Below, one piece after another: positions 24,954 through 35,747 of a stretch of DNA of 64,000 bases. Position 1 is the first letter of the stretch; each line of letters starts with the position of its first letter. The DNA lies in IMG/VR virus record IMGVR_UViG_3300042935_001795, positions 25,643-89,642 of that record; one strand, 5' to 3'. The notes beneath the pieces are model-generated. The model was not told the origin of the DNA. It searched no databases and saw nothing but the letters and a program-made list of their open reading frames with translations. The DNA comes from a virus. A program made the position numbers and the translations under genes.

Positions 24954-27362
24954 TTAATTCCAGACTATAGCAGGATCGCCAGACCAAGGCATTCCTCCCC
25001 TGAGGTTATCTCCACCCGGTAAAGGAGTTTGCACTATATACTGTAAATATACGTAATGTCGGCTATCATTTGTTGGCTGCCTAGAAAAAGTACCGGTAAC
25101 ACTAGTACGATCTTGTAACGCAATTCTATTGCTATCATGGGAACTATAAGAAGTACTAGGATTCGCAATAGAGTTAACGACTAAATTAAAAGCAGGCAGA
25201 CTACCAGGCAGACTCTGAAATTGTCCAGTAACTACTGCATTGGTTCCACTATAGTAATTTTTACTCTGTAAAATATGAACTATTATTTCAACGGGAAATC
25301 CTGTCCAATTTTCTACTGTAAGGGTTTTAGATACTAATCCGGTGCCACTAGTATGATCAATTTCAGTTTCTCCATCAGAAACATAAGAAATAAGCGGACT
25401 ATATGAAAAATCATTAACATTTATAGCATATGGAATTGTTGTTCCCGCTGAAGTAGTTAATGGAAGTCCAGATAACTTAACAGTCATCGTTATTGCCGTA
25501 GCAAAATCGGTTACTGTAACTCCTTGATTTGATAAAACTGAATTCAAAATAGTTATAGTTCCTCCTCCCGCAGGCGGCTGAATTATTCCACCTATTGGAT
25601 TATTTGTTTGAATCCAATAATATGGAGTTGTTTTATATACTAATTGAAACGTAGCCCCCGTATAGAAATTATAGGATACAACCGTTGATTCCGGAGTAAC
25701 ACAGGTTATATGAGTACTATTTGTTCTATTAAGTGTTATATTCACAGCAGCCTCAAGTATAAAATTAGACGTATCAATATTTAAAGTTAGCGCTGTTGCA
25801 TTAGCCGGATGTGAAGTTACATTAAAAGATATAGTAATTGTAGTTGGATATAATCCTGAAGCTACAGTTATACCTGTAATTTGAATTCCACTTATTAATC
25901 CAGTAATATCAGCCGCTGTTGGAATTGGTGTTTTCCAATAATATCCAAGAGGGGCAGTAACGGTTGCCGTAAATGTATAAGATTCTCCTGCACCTTTGTT
26001 AGTTACACTGAATAAAGGGTAGGGGTCTGGTATTAATTTAGGTGCATCAGCCTTTGTGTCATTTAATACAATTGTTAACGGCACTGGAGTAGACTGTCCT
26101 TCTCCTCTATCAAACCAATATAAATCATTTCTACCCAAATAAATAATTTGAGGGATTTGTTTAATTCTAAAAGTTCCATTTGTAGTTCCAAGTCCTATGT
26201 ATGTTAAGTCGTTGTCAACTGTAGATGTAACATTATATGTGGTTGCTGAAACCGAAGTCGCATTCATATTTATACGTGAACCTCCAGTAATATGAGCTCT
26301 TTGTTTATTTGTTTCAACCGAACCCTGTCCAATTGGACTAGTTGAAAATGTATTATCAGCTATCTTGTAGTTAAACCTACCTAACATAGGAATTGTATAA
26401 ACATCGACCCCATCCGTCCAATCCTGTCCATTACAAAGGTACCATCCTTCATAACTTCCTACTCCTTTGCCGACAGATATCGGTAATACGCTTGTGTCGC
26501 CAAGGGATAATATAGTTTCAGAATATTTAAACTTAGTGTTATCCGCAAATATAGAAGGTAATATCGAAACCATCGTACCTATAGGAACAGTTCCTCCAAT
26601 TTCTCGTATACTTTTAAATTTAACAAGACCCTCATAATTGCTAGAAGTAGCAAGTCCATTAAAAGTTGCGCCTGCATTTTCAATAACTAAATCACTTTTA
26701 ATAATAACAGGAGAATTAAATTCTGTGTTTTGTTTAAAGAATATTCCGCTTGGATTAATTAATAAATTATCTGGGGATAGAATAGAACTACGAAAACTAG
26801 TACCTGCTGCAGTATATGAGCTTATAGAGTTTTGAAGATCAAGATTAAAAAATCCCATTGTCATTTGATCTTTACCCGCTAATCTTTCTAATTTAAAATC
26901 ATATACCTTTCCAGCAATACCATCATTTAAAAATCTTAGATTAGAAATAGAATATTGTTTTCTATGGATATTCCATTGATATGGCGTTTTTCCTCCAACC
27001 AAATCAAATTTTGTTCCATATTCCGGATCATTTTCAATATATCCAATATTTATGACCGGGGCAAACTGATTACCTGGAGTATGCATAGGTATTAAAGTGT
27101 CTGCACTAATAGGTCCTGGCGCAATTCTTTTCCAAAGGTTAACAGAAATAGGACCTTCAAACCCTTTAGTTCCCGTTGGTCCAGTAGGTCCTTGGAATCC
27201 TTTTTGCCCGGTATTACCTTGAGCACCTCTTTGTCCAATATCGCCTTGAGGACCTCTAGGACCTCCTCCAGTTGCGACTAACTGATCAAAATTATAATTG
27301 ACATTGTCAAGTTTAATAGTATCAGAATCTAAAGTGTTTATTTGTTTAAGACTAATTGGCAT
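24954..27362 (-). CDS. Tail fibre protein with collagen-like repeat and collar-like domain
   Basis: Gly-X-Y run GPRGPQGDIGQRGAQG..., then PIGTMVSI and GWYLCNGQ. Thr/Ser-rich beta C-terminus. Confidence 0.8.
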   Translation of the reverse strand: MPISLKQINTLDSDTIKLDNVNYNFDQLVATGGGPRGPQGDIGQRGAQGNTGQKGFQGPTGPTGTKGFEGPISVNLWKRIAPGPISADTLIPMHTPGNQFAPVINIGYIENDPEYGTKFDLVGGKTPYQWNIHRKQYSISNLRFLNDGIAGKVYDFKLERLAGKDQMTMGFFNLDLQNSISSYTAAGTSFRSSILSPDNLLINPSGIFFKQNTEFNSPVIIKSDLVIENAGATFNGLATSSNYEGLVKFKSIREIGGTVPIGTMVSILPSIFADNTKFKYSETILSLGDTSVLPISVGKGVGSYEGWYLCNGQDWTDGVDVYTIPMLGRFNYKIADNTFSTSPIGQGSVETNKQRAHITGGSRINMNATSVSATTYNVTSTVDNDLTYIGLGTTNGTFRIKQIPQIIYLGRNDLYWFDRGEGQSTPVPLTIVLNDTKADAPKLIPDPYPLFSVTNKGAGESYTFTATVTAPLGYYWKTPIPTAADITGLISGIQITGITVASGLYPTTITISFNVTSHPANATALTLNIDTSNFILEAAVNITLNRTNSTHITCVTPESTVVSYNFYTGATFQLVYKTTPYYWIQTNNPIGGIIQPPAGGGTITILNSVLSNQGVTVTDFATAITMTVKLSGLPLTTSAGTTIPYAINVNDFSYSPLISYVSDGETEIDHTSGTGLVSKTLTVENWTGFPVEIIVHILQSKNYYSGTNAVVTGQFQSLPGSLPAFNLVVNSIANPSTSYSSHDSNRIALQDRTSVTGTFSRQPTNDSRHYVYLQYIVQTPLPGGDNLRGGMPWSGDPAIVWN

Positions 27363-27410
27363 ACCTATCTATATTTAGATTATATATTCTAATTTTTAGA
27401 GAGTATACTA

Positions 27411-28046
27411 TTAAATTTTTTGAATAAACAGGGTAACCATATAAGGCTGTAGGTTGTTGTGCGCATTTCCGCCTCCAGTGTCTGAAGTTCTATAGATTTG
27501 ACCACCACCACTATTACGCGAATTCGCATCATAGGGAAAACTCGAAACAGTTCTATTAGTCCAACCTCCGTAACCATTTCCTCCGGAAATCCAATCATCT
27601 CCTGGAAATAAGTGATTGTGCGTTGGCATTTGAGCAATAGTTATAGCCTCTCCATTATTACCCGAAAAGACTGGTTGACCATTAAGTTTTATATATAGTT
27701 GTCGAATGTCCCATCCATTTTGATCAAAGGCTGCCACATTACCCCATGCCAATGGAACTCTACCGGTTCGGTTCATTGTATTATTTAATCCATTGCAAAT
27801 TGCCCAGCCATCTCTATCACCTCCCGGAAGTCCGCGACCTTGCGTTGGACCTGACGTCTCGAAATTTGCAGTAATATATTCATTAGTGCAATCAATCATT
27901 TTTAAGTCTCCGACTAACCATTGATCTTTTGCAAAATTTAAAATAGCAGTTTCAACCGTTCTATGATTTGCCGCGGTTATTTGCTGGGATGGAGTTGGAG
28001 TTAATAGATTGGATATTAATGTTATTACATCGTTAAATTTTACCAT
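27411..28046 (-). CDS. Tail collar/short fibre tip protein
   Basis: GWAICNG, GRVP, TIAQMPTHNH and GGGNAHNNLQPYMVTLFIQKI. Confidence 0.85.
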   Translation of the reverse strand: MVKFNDVITLISNLLTPTPSQQITAANHRTVETAILNFAKDQWLVGDLKMIDCTNEYITANFETSGPTQGRGLPGGDRDGWAICNGLNNTMNRTGRVPLAWGNVAAFDQNGWDIRQLYIKLNGQPVFSGNNGEAITIAQMPTHNHLFPGDDWISGGNGYGGWTNRTVSSFPYDANSRNSGGGQIYRTSDTGGGNAHNNLQPYMVTLFIQKI

Positions 28047-28079
28047 TTTTATTATTTTTATTTTTATTTTTATTTTTTA

Positions 28080-29465
28080 TTAATACACATTATACTCAGT
28101 TGTTACATAGTCTGCATTATTATAATCACCTGTTGCTGTTTGACCAGTTCCTAGCTGTGACCACCATAAATTCCTAGTCCTTAAATAAATAATTTGAGGT
28201 AACTTTTTAATTCTAAATTGTCCACCTGCTGGATTTATTACTATTATCGGATCAGTAGACTGATTAGCTATATTAATATTATAATTAGCAGCGGTTGCAC
28301 CAACAGGTATGCTAGCGTTAACAAAATGTGCTGCACCTCCAATTAATTGAATGTCGTCATTGAGTGCACCTATATATCCTTGACTATTAGGATCTTCGGT
28401 TATCGGGTTAGCCAATATTTGATATGAAAATGAATTAAGATCGGGAACCAACGTTGTTCCTGCTACAGTGTTATCGGTCCATTGTTGTCCATTACAAACA
28501 TACCAACCATCATAATCTCCAATTCCAGCTCCTATTCTTATTTTTAACGGGTTATTTGGATCTAGATTTGTATCTATAAATTGATAATTAATAAATTTAG
28601 ATGAGTCACTAAATATTGAAGGCAATATAGAAATAATAGTACCTATTTTAACATCACCTCCGAGTTCATCAGTTGTTTTAAAAGTTACATCTCCGGCTGT
28701 ATTAATTGTAGTTAATATTTTATTTACCCCAGGATTAGCGTTTTCAATACTTAATGGGGCATTAAATTTAACTTGCTTTTCAAAAATTGTATTACTATAT
28801 GTATTTCCGGAAGTAGTTGAAATATCAAAAAGTTCTGAGTCATTAGAGTCTATAACAATATGTTTTTCTGCTTTTAGATTTAATTGTGAATTTAGATTAT
28901 CAGTAAAACCTAGATATAGTCGGTACTCATCAGTTACCGAATTATCCATGGTAATATCAAACGAATTAGTAAGAATACCACTACTTGTAAATCTTAAATT
29001 CGAGGCAACTTTAGCACTTCTTCGGTTAACAACCCATTGATATTTTGGTAAATTGGTACTATTTGATTGTTGTTGTATATATCCATTGTCTGCTCCTTGT
29101 CCGTTTATATTTGGTCCTATATAACCAGCCGCAATAACAGCACCAAAAGTAGGAGTTGTTCCTGAAATAGGATGTCTTGCAAATAAAGTCGACATAATAT
29201 TCGATGAATCTGTAAAATTTTGAGGAATAGAGTTCCAGTATGATTCAACAACGACCGCATCAATTCCTTGAGCTCCTCGTAATCCTTGAAATCCTTGAGT
29301 ACCTTGAGCTCCTCGAAATCCTTGATATCCTGTGTTTCCATCGGGTCCTACATAGCCTTTAGGACCTCCACTATTGGCAATTAACTGATCAAAATTATAG
29401 TTAATTTTGTCAAGCTTAATATTGTCAGTATCAAGTGTCCGTATCTGTTTTAGGTTAATTATCAT
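28080..29465 (-). CDS. Tail fibre protein paralogue with collagen-like repeat
   Basis: LKQI.TLD.D.IKLDKINYNFDQL, GYQGFRGAQG repeats, IGTIISI and GWYVCNGQ. Confidence 0.8.
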   Translation of the reverse strand: MIINLKQIRTLDTDNIKLDKINYNFDQLIANSGGPKGYVGPDGNTGYQGFRGAQGTQGFQGLRGAQGIDAVVVESYWNSIPQNFTDSSNIMSTLFARHPISGTTPTFGAVIAAGYIGPNINGQGADNGYIQQQSNSTNLPKYQWVVNRRSAKVASNLRFTSSGILTNSFDITMDNSVTDEYRLYLGFTDNLNSQLNLKAEKHIVIDSNDSELFDISTTSGNTYSNTIFEKQVKFNAPLSIENANPGVNKILTTINTAGDVTFKTTDELGGDVKIGTIISILPSIFSDSSKFINYQFIDTNLDPNNPLKIRIGAGIGDYDGWYVCNGQQWTDNTVAGTTLVPDLNSFSYQILANPITEDPNSQGYIGALNDDIQLIGGAAHFVNASIPVGATAANYNINIANQSTDPIIVINPAGGQFRIKKLPQIIYLRTRNLWWSQLGTGQTATGDYNNADYVTTEYNVY

Positions 29466-29491
29466 CTAGACTATATATATTATTTTAATTA

Positions 29492-31108
29492 TTAAACACA
29501 TCTAATTCCTCTTTGAGTAAAATTACCAGCAAAAGAATTCCAATATATTGGATATCCATCGACATTTGCATACCATCCAGATGGAGCATACGTTGTAGTT
29601 CCAAGATTAAACAATTTATATGTTGTTGATGGAACTGTAAAGGTATTCCACACTGCTGACGTAAACTCATTCCAATCCTTTGGTTCGTTAACATTCAGAC
29701 CACATACTAAGGTACTGTTAGAACTCGGTTGCGTTAAGAAAATAGTATAATTAGTATCTGGAGTTGTTAAAGTAGTTGACCATTTTAAATTTGGATTTCC
29801 TAAATAAACAATATGAATCATTCCGCTTATTCTATAGCCTTCGTTAGGTACATCCAAAGGCCCCATAGATATATCACTTTCTCCGGGAGATGTATCATTA
29901 TTATAAAATTGACTTGTATATCCTATTGAATATACTCCAGTAGCGTTAGGTATCCCTGAAATGCGCATATCATATCCTCCAATTAATATAGGGTTTTTTG
30001 CAGGAAGCGTAACTAAATTTTGTACATCACCATTTGCACCTATAGTATAATTAAAGTTATTTAGATTTGGAGTTAAAAATTTATTGTACCCTTCTACCGT
30101 TTCCCAAGTCTCTCCATTGCATAAATACCAGCCTTCAAAATCTGTACCAATCTTTCCTCTTCCATAAATATTATTTAATGGAGAACCAGTATCTACCGTT
30201 ACCGAATCATTTAACCAAAAATGTTCAGTAACAAAAACGTCATTTTTAATTGAAATTATAGAACCTATTGGAAATACACCAAAAACGTCTTTAATATCTT
30301 TCCATTCAACATTTCCACTCGTATCAGTCGATACAAGAATCCTATCTTGAATGGCTCCCGGTGTAAACATAAAATTAGTTGATGATTTTGTTGTTCCACC
30401 ATTTACACTTAAATTAAACGCAGGACCGATAATTCCACCAGTATTAACAGTAATTAAATCTTCAGTAATAATAATTGAATCTTTTAATACTGACGATATT
30501 CCATCAGAAGTACCTGTTCTAATCACTATGGTCTGTGCAGTATAAATAATTCTAAAATTCGGACTAGTCAGGTTTGGAGTAATCTCAAATCTTGGATTAA
30601 CGCCAGAATATCCAAGCCTAAAATTATAACCATCAAACCCACTGTTATCTTCAACTCTTAGATTAACCCAATCGTTATCTGCAACTTTTATAGATTGAAT
30701 AGGTGAATCAATTGCCGGATCTACTCCGACGCCATATACTCCAGTATCACTAATTTTATATCCAATTCTTAAAGCAACTGGAGCTAACTGAATTTCAGTT
30801 ATAGGGTTTTTTCTAGTAAATAAATATCCTGGTAAACCTTCGGCTTCTGGGAAATAATCCCACTCGTTTAAATTTCCTGCTCCTTGAAATCCTTGAAATC
30901 CTTGAGAACCCCTATATCCAACGTAACCTTGAGGTCCTACATGTCCAGCTCCGCCATCTACTCCGATATTTCCACGAGGTCCTGGTGCACCTCCATTTGA
31001 AAACTGATTAAAATTATAATTAATCTTATCAATTTTGCTTTTAGACCACCAGGCTCCACTATTTGGATCAAGATCAGTTACAAAAAGTTCTTTTATTTTA
31101 ATAGCCAT
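29492..31108 (-). CDS. Tail fibre protein paralogue with collagen-like repeat
   Basis: KIDKINYNFNQF, GFQG repeats, PIGSIISI and GWYLCNG. Confidence 0.8.
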   Translation of the reverse strand: MAIKIKELFVTDLDPNSGAWWSKSKIDKINYNFNQFSNGGAPGPRGNIGVDGGAGHVGPQGYVGYRGSQGFQGFQGAGNLNEWDYFPEAEGLPGYLFTRKNPITEIQLAPVALRIGYKISDTGVYGVGVDPAIDSPIQSIKVADNDWVNLRVEDNSGFDGYNFRLGYSGVNPRFEITPNLTSPNFRIIYTAQTIVIRTGTSDGISSVLKDSIIITEDLITVNTGGIIGPAFNLSVNGGTTKSSTNFMFTPGAIQDRILVSTDTSGNVEWKDIKDVFGVFPIGSIISIKNDVFVTEHFWLNDSVTVDTGSPLNNIYGRGKIGTDFEGWYLCNGETWETVEGYNKFLTPNLNNFNYTIGANGDVQNLVTLPAKNPILIGGYDMRISGIPNATGVYSIGYTSQFYNNDTSPGESDISMGPLDVPNEGYRISGMIHIVYLGNPNLKWSTTLTTPDTNYTIFLTQPSSNSTLVCGLNVNEPKDWNEFTSAVWNTFTVPSTTYKLFNLGTTTYAPSGWYANVDGYPIYWNSFAGNFTQRGIRCV

Positions 31109-31111
31109 TCA

Positions 31112-34100
31112 TTATGCTTGTATTTTAATGTGTACTTTAAATTTATAAGAATACCCATATTTTTTATTATATATTAATCTAAAACTCAAACCATCATTTT
31201 GATAACTTTGAATGTTAAAATTAGTTAGCTCTACATAATTATCAGCAGTCAACTGCGACGTTTGAGTAACAGAAACAAATTGAGTTTGACTAAGTTGATT
31301 AAATAATCCCTTACCTCTCTTACCTGGAATTCCATATATTTTAATCGAATCGATAATAAAACGAGGAGATATATTTGAATTTGAATATATTTGTAAATCA
31401 TCTTTTATCGAAGATTTATCTCCATACGAATTTAAAGGGTTAACATATCTTCTAAAATTATTTTCAATTCCATCTTCAATCAATTCATTTAATATTGCAG
31501 TTGATAAATAAAAATCTGCAATCACTTGAGATTCGTCTTCAATCCAATGAATAGATGCCTTATTAGACCTTACAAATCTTATTTTATCTAAACTTTTAAT
31601 TGAAGCTTCTTTAATATTATCGAACTTAGTTATATCATAAGTATCTCTAACCTTCATGACAGTTGATGTCATAAAAGTTTTCTTTTCTACTGGACTCAAT
31701 GTTCCATTTGTTGTTTCAGATTCTCCAGCACTTAGCGCTCTTGTGAAATAATCTTTTGCATATTTAGATTTAAAAACATTAATATTTTTTTTGTCAATTG
31801 CAATTTCCCCAATCATTGGATACAATGGTAATTTATCGGTTGTTTGTGAAAGTTTTAATATGTTTTTTGAGTCCTTTTCATTAACTTTATGATAAAAATA
31901 ATTATTAATAAAACCATAATTGGTTGTATTTTCTTTAAAAGAATCAAAAGAGATTCCCTTCCCATTTAATTGGTCGTATACTATAGTACTAGGATTTGGT
32001 GGTATATTTCCAAAACCTATCTTAAAATAAGGATCGATTTCCGAAAAAGTTATAATATTGTTAAAAATAGGATTATAATCACCATTCATTCTTCTCAAAA
32101 TAGTTGCGTATCCTCCATCCTCTCTATCTTCTATAATATTGCCAATTTGACTTGAAGACAATCTATATGCCTTTGGTCTTTCTGGATCTGCTGCGGGTTG
32201 AACAATAGAAGGGTTAACAACATCCACTCCTGATTCTATTGAAAGAACAAAATCATTATCAATTCTTGTTCCATCTTCGGTGATTGTAATATAATTTATT
32301 TGTTCAAAGGAATTAAATCTTTTAGAATATCTATATGCACTAATTGAATCTAATAAATTAGCAAATTCATTTTCACCTCCGCGCGAATATCTAAATGGCC
32401 CGATTAAAGGCACTAGTGACATAAGCTGTGGATTTAGTCGTGATAGATTTCCATCGTCCTCATTTAAAATCGGTACAGCTAAATTTATATCAAATTTCCA
32501 TGGATGTCCACTTACTAATATTGAAGTGTCATCAATAACATCAACAACTTTTATGGCATATGCTACACCTGACACGCTAAAATATATCCACGAGTATTCT
32601 CCGGAAGAATTTCTTTTAACAAAATCAGTAAATTTTGCGGTTCCATCTTGAATCGATATATCTGAAGCCTTAATAATAAAAGGAACATCCGGCTGCGAAT
32701 CTTCATCCGGAGCAGATCCAGCAAAATCAATACGAAATGGAATCCTAGTGTCTATAATATCTCCAGCTAATGTCAAATCAGTTAATGTGTATAATAAATA
32801 TCTATTTAATTCATCTTCTGCTATATCGTTTTCAATAACGTTTAATTGTATGTTAACACAAATAAATTTAAACTTGTCATTTTTAACACAATTAAAAACA
32901 ATTGAATTAGATGGAATAGTCCCATTACCAAGATCAGGTACTATATTATAAGAAAGATACGCTCCAAACTTATAATCACTAATATCAATACCATTTAAAA
33001 ATTCTGTTGGAATGTCACTAGTAATTTCTTTTCTTTTTTGGTAAACATATCGAAGACCTCTAAAAACTGTCGATGAATTTTTTTCAAAATTACCTATATC
33101 AAACTTAGACCATAACCTTTTGTACGCATTATTAAACCATGTTTGTAAAAGGTCGCTTGAATCATAATATCCAGTCCAATTGAAATGCTTATCAAAATAA
33201 TTAAAAGTTGTACTTTCTAATTTGAGAAGATTTAATCCACCGTCATTTGCAAAATCTAAATAATTATTTAAGTCTTTTCTATCGCCTAATATATTAGTTG
33301 GAATCCTATTTAGATGAAAATGTTCCATATTTAAGTATTCGACATTTCTTTTTGAATCTATTTCTATATTTGGGGATAAATTGTCATCTCCAAATGCTTC
33401 ATTAACGTTTAAAACATAAGGTAAATTTCTAGCATTTAAAGCATCTTTAAGCTCATATTTACAAATAGTAGGAACCATTCTACTTAAAAGAGCAGTTTCT
33501 TTAAGACTATTTTCTTTAAGTCTATCATACTCGCTCAAAAGCACACTTTTCGTAACTGTTTTCGAAGTTTCAGAAGATAAAATATCTCTAAGACCAGAAT
33601 AGAACGTTATATCACCGACTGTGCCGGTTCCTGTTAATAATTTAGGCACATCAGGAGTGTCAATTGGATTTTTATATGCCGGATTTGGATATGTATATTT
33701 ATCATAAACCAAGTCTCCTAGGTCTGAGTTTCTTGTTGAGTAAAAATCAAAATCAAAATCTTTAAAATCGTATGCTGCAAATTTACCATGAACCGTTTTA
33801 TATTCATCATAAACTTCATATACTCTATCATTTGAAAGTTTTGTAGAATTATTTAAAATAACTCTATAATAATCCGGATCAAATGGGTCTTGGTTAACTT
33901 CTATAATTCTAACAAATTTATCAGAATCTTTTTGTTTTAAATATTCTCCAACTTGAACATTTCCAATTTCTGAAGACTTCACAAGAACTGACTGTCCTTC
34001 ATTTGCTCCGGCTATAGTGGTCCATATATTCCAATTATTTGGATTTACAATATTAGTTTTTAACCCAATGTCATTAAATTCACCATCGTCAACTGTAATA

Positions 34101-35680
34101 AAATCAACTAAATTAGTATTGTATACTCCGAACGCAGTCTGTCTTCTCTTGTTTCCAGCGGAAATCTCTTCAATAATTATCGAAGTATCGATAACTTTTG
34201 TTTTGTATGTTATAATTTCTCCATTGTTAATCGCAGCCGCAATTGCTATTGCTATTTGCTGCAAGCTTCCTAGGTTTGAAAACTTATTTCCGGCCGCTCT
34301 AGCCGCAGGCAGTGACGGGTCTGCAATAATAAGATAGTCTCCTAAATTGTATTGCGAAATTTTAATCTCAGTTTTATCTCCAATAAAAATTCTATCATTA
34401 ACACTTGGAACATCTTTTATAGTCACTTTAATAAATCCTTTATAACTCGGTTCTTTTAGATCTGCAGTTATTTTGTTTCCATTTTTTGCAAATCCAATAA
34501 AAGATTTTCCATCGTTATTATTTGGAGAGATTAACAATTTATAAGACCATACTTCAGGTATAGAAAGTCCCGGATTACCTTCACTAATTAATTTTCTAAA
34601 TGAATTTTTTATATTATAAAAAGTGCCTGCTTTATCTTTAACATATTGTAGAGATGGAACCAAAAATTGTTCACTTCCTGGAAACATTTCAACATCAGTA
34701 ATTGAAAATCGACTTAAATCATAAAAGGTTTTATAACTAGAATATTCAACGCTTAATTGACCATCTACGCTGAGTCCAATTGAACCAAAGTTTCCTTCAT
34801 CAATATCATCTGCATAAATACCAAAGTATCTATATATTTTATAGTTCTCTGCGGTATAGTCGTCAAATAAGAACTCTAAATTAATTATATTAGCGGAAAC
34901 AATTCCATTTCTTTCAAGACCATTTGTAATGGTTTGATTGCTAAAAATTTCAGGATAGTCAACTTGAATATAGTCTCTATCTAATTGTTCGGTTTTAGCA
35001 GTAAATCCGCCATTAACAATATCAATGCCATTAAACGTTGATTGAGAACCTTCTTTAAAGTTTATTGAAAGTAATGAGTTTGGAAATCTTTTATCGTTAA
35101 CATGTGTATTTAAGTATTCTCCAATTTTTGAAGATTTGCTCAAATCAAATGTCTTAATTATTGTTGCATTTTTAAGAAGTTCCAGAATCCTAGAATTTTG
35201 TCCAGTGGTATCTTCTGTATAATCATTTTTATAATCAACGTCCTCGATTCTATAAATTATAAATTTAGAGGGTACTTCTTTTTCAAGCCAAATTGGAGCA
35301 AATATTTTATATTGCTCATCATATAATTTAGTAGTGTTTTGAATTGCACCATATTGGTACTGGTCTTCGTATTGAAATTCATAATCAGAAAACAGGGTAA
35401 TATCTGAAGATGTTCTAAGAGTTTCATATCTTTGGGTTAATGGAAGATTTCTATAAAAATTAGCAATATCGATAGAATATATTCCCGAAGATTTAATCTC
35501 ATATTTTTGAAATTTAATTTTAGAAAGTTGTTTATTTGCTCTAAAAGAACTTAAAAACAAGTCGCCATTTGAGTTAACAAGTAACTTTGAATTACTTGTT
35601 AACTTTGGGTTTGTTCTCAATAAAGCAAAAGATTTATTATCTATTGAATTGTTTACAGCACTAGTATTAATTATAGCCAT
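31112..35680 (-). CDS. Large putative baseplate/tail structural protein (1522 aa)
   Basis: Long ORF in the tail module with a late promoter motif at 35705-35713. Confidence 0.6.
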   Translation of the reverse strand: MAIINTSAVNNSIDNKSFALLRTNPKLTSNSKLLVNSNGDLFLSSFRANKQLSKIKFQKYEIKSSGIYSIDIANFYRNLPLTQRYETLRTSSDITLFSDYEFQYEDQYQYGAIQNTTKLYDEQYKIFAPIWLEKEVPSKFIIYRIEDVDYKNDYTEDTTGQNSRILELLKNATIIKTFDLSKSSKIGEYLNTHVNDKRFPNSLLSINFKEGSQSTFNGIDIVNGGFTAKTEQLDRDYIQVDYPEIFSNQTITNGLERNGIVSANIINLEFLFDDYTAENYKIYRYFGIYADDIDEGNFGSIGLSVDGQLSVEYSSYKTFYDLSRFSITDVEMFPGSEQFLVPSLQYVKDKAGTFYNIKNSFRKLISEGNPGLSIPEVWSYKLLISPNNNDGKSFIGFAKNGNKITADLKEPSYKGFIKVTIKDVPSVNDRIFIGDKTEIKISQYNLGDYLIIADPSLPAARAAGNKFSNLGSLQQIAIAIAAAINNGEIITYKTKVIDTSIIIEEISAGNKRRQTAFGVYNTNLVDFITVDDGEFNDIGLKTNIVNPNNWNIWTTIAGANEGQSVLVKSSEIGNVQVGEYLKQKDSDKFVRIIEVNQDPFDPDYYRVILNNSTKLSNDRVYEVYDEYKTVHGKFAAYDFKDFDFDFYSTRNSDLGDLVYDKYTYPNPAYKNPIDTPDVPKLLTGTGTVGDITFYSGLRDILSSETSKTVTKSVLLSEYDRLKENSLKETALLSRMVPTICKYELKDALNARNLPYVLNVNEAFGDDNLSPNIEIDSKRNVEYLNMEHFHLNRIPTNILGDRKDLNNYLDFANDGGLNLLKLESTTFNYFDKHFNWTGYYDSSDLLQTWFNNAYKRLWSKFDIGNFEKNSSTVFRGLRYVYQKRKEITSDIPTEFLNGIDISDYKFGAYLSYNIVPDLGNGTIPSNSIVFNCVKNDKFKFICVNIQLNVIENDIAEDELNRYLLYTLTDLTLAGDIIDTRIPFRIDFAGSAPDEDSQPDVPFIIKASDISIQDGTAKFTDFVKRNSSGEYSWIYFSVSGVAYAIKVVDVIDDTSILVSGHPWKFDINLAVPILNEDDGNLSRLNPQLMSLVPLIGPFRYSRGGENEFANLLDSISAYRYSKRFNSFEQINYITITEDGTRIDNDFVLSIESGVDVVNPSIVQPAADPERPKAYRLSSSQIGNIIEDREDGGYATILRRMNGDYNPIFNNIITFSEIDPYFKIGFGNIPPNPSTIVYDQLNGKGISFDSFKENTTNYGFINNYFYHKVNEKDSKNILKLSQTTDKLPLYPMIGEIAIDKKNINVFKSKYAKDYFTRALSAGESETTNGTLSPVEKKTFMTSTVMKVRDTYDITKFDNIKEASIKSLDKIRFVRSNKASIHWIEDESQVIADFYLSTAILNELIEDGIENNFRRYVNPLNSYGDKSSIKDDLQIYSNSNISPRFIIDSIKIYGIPGKRGKGLFNQLSQTQFVSVTQTSQLTADNYVELTNFNIQSYQNDGLSFRLIYNKKYGYSYKFKVHIKIQA

Positions 35681-35747
35681 CTAGGACACCTCTTTTTATT
35701 TATATTATATATCCCAGATTATAGGAAAACATAAAGAGGCAGAATTC

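Noticed and set aside
24954-31108. Diversity-generating retroelement or invertible tail fibre switch
   Set aside because: No reverse transcriptase or invertase is present, and no near-identical TR/VR pair or inverted crossover sites were seen. The similarity is protein-level paralogy.
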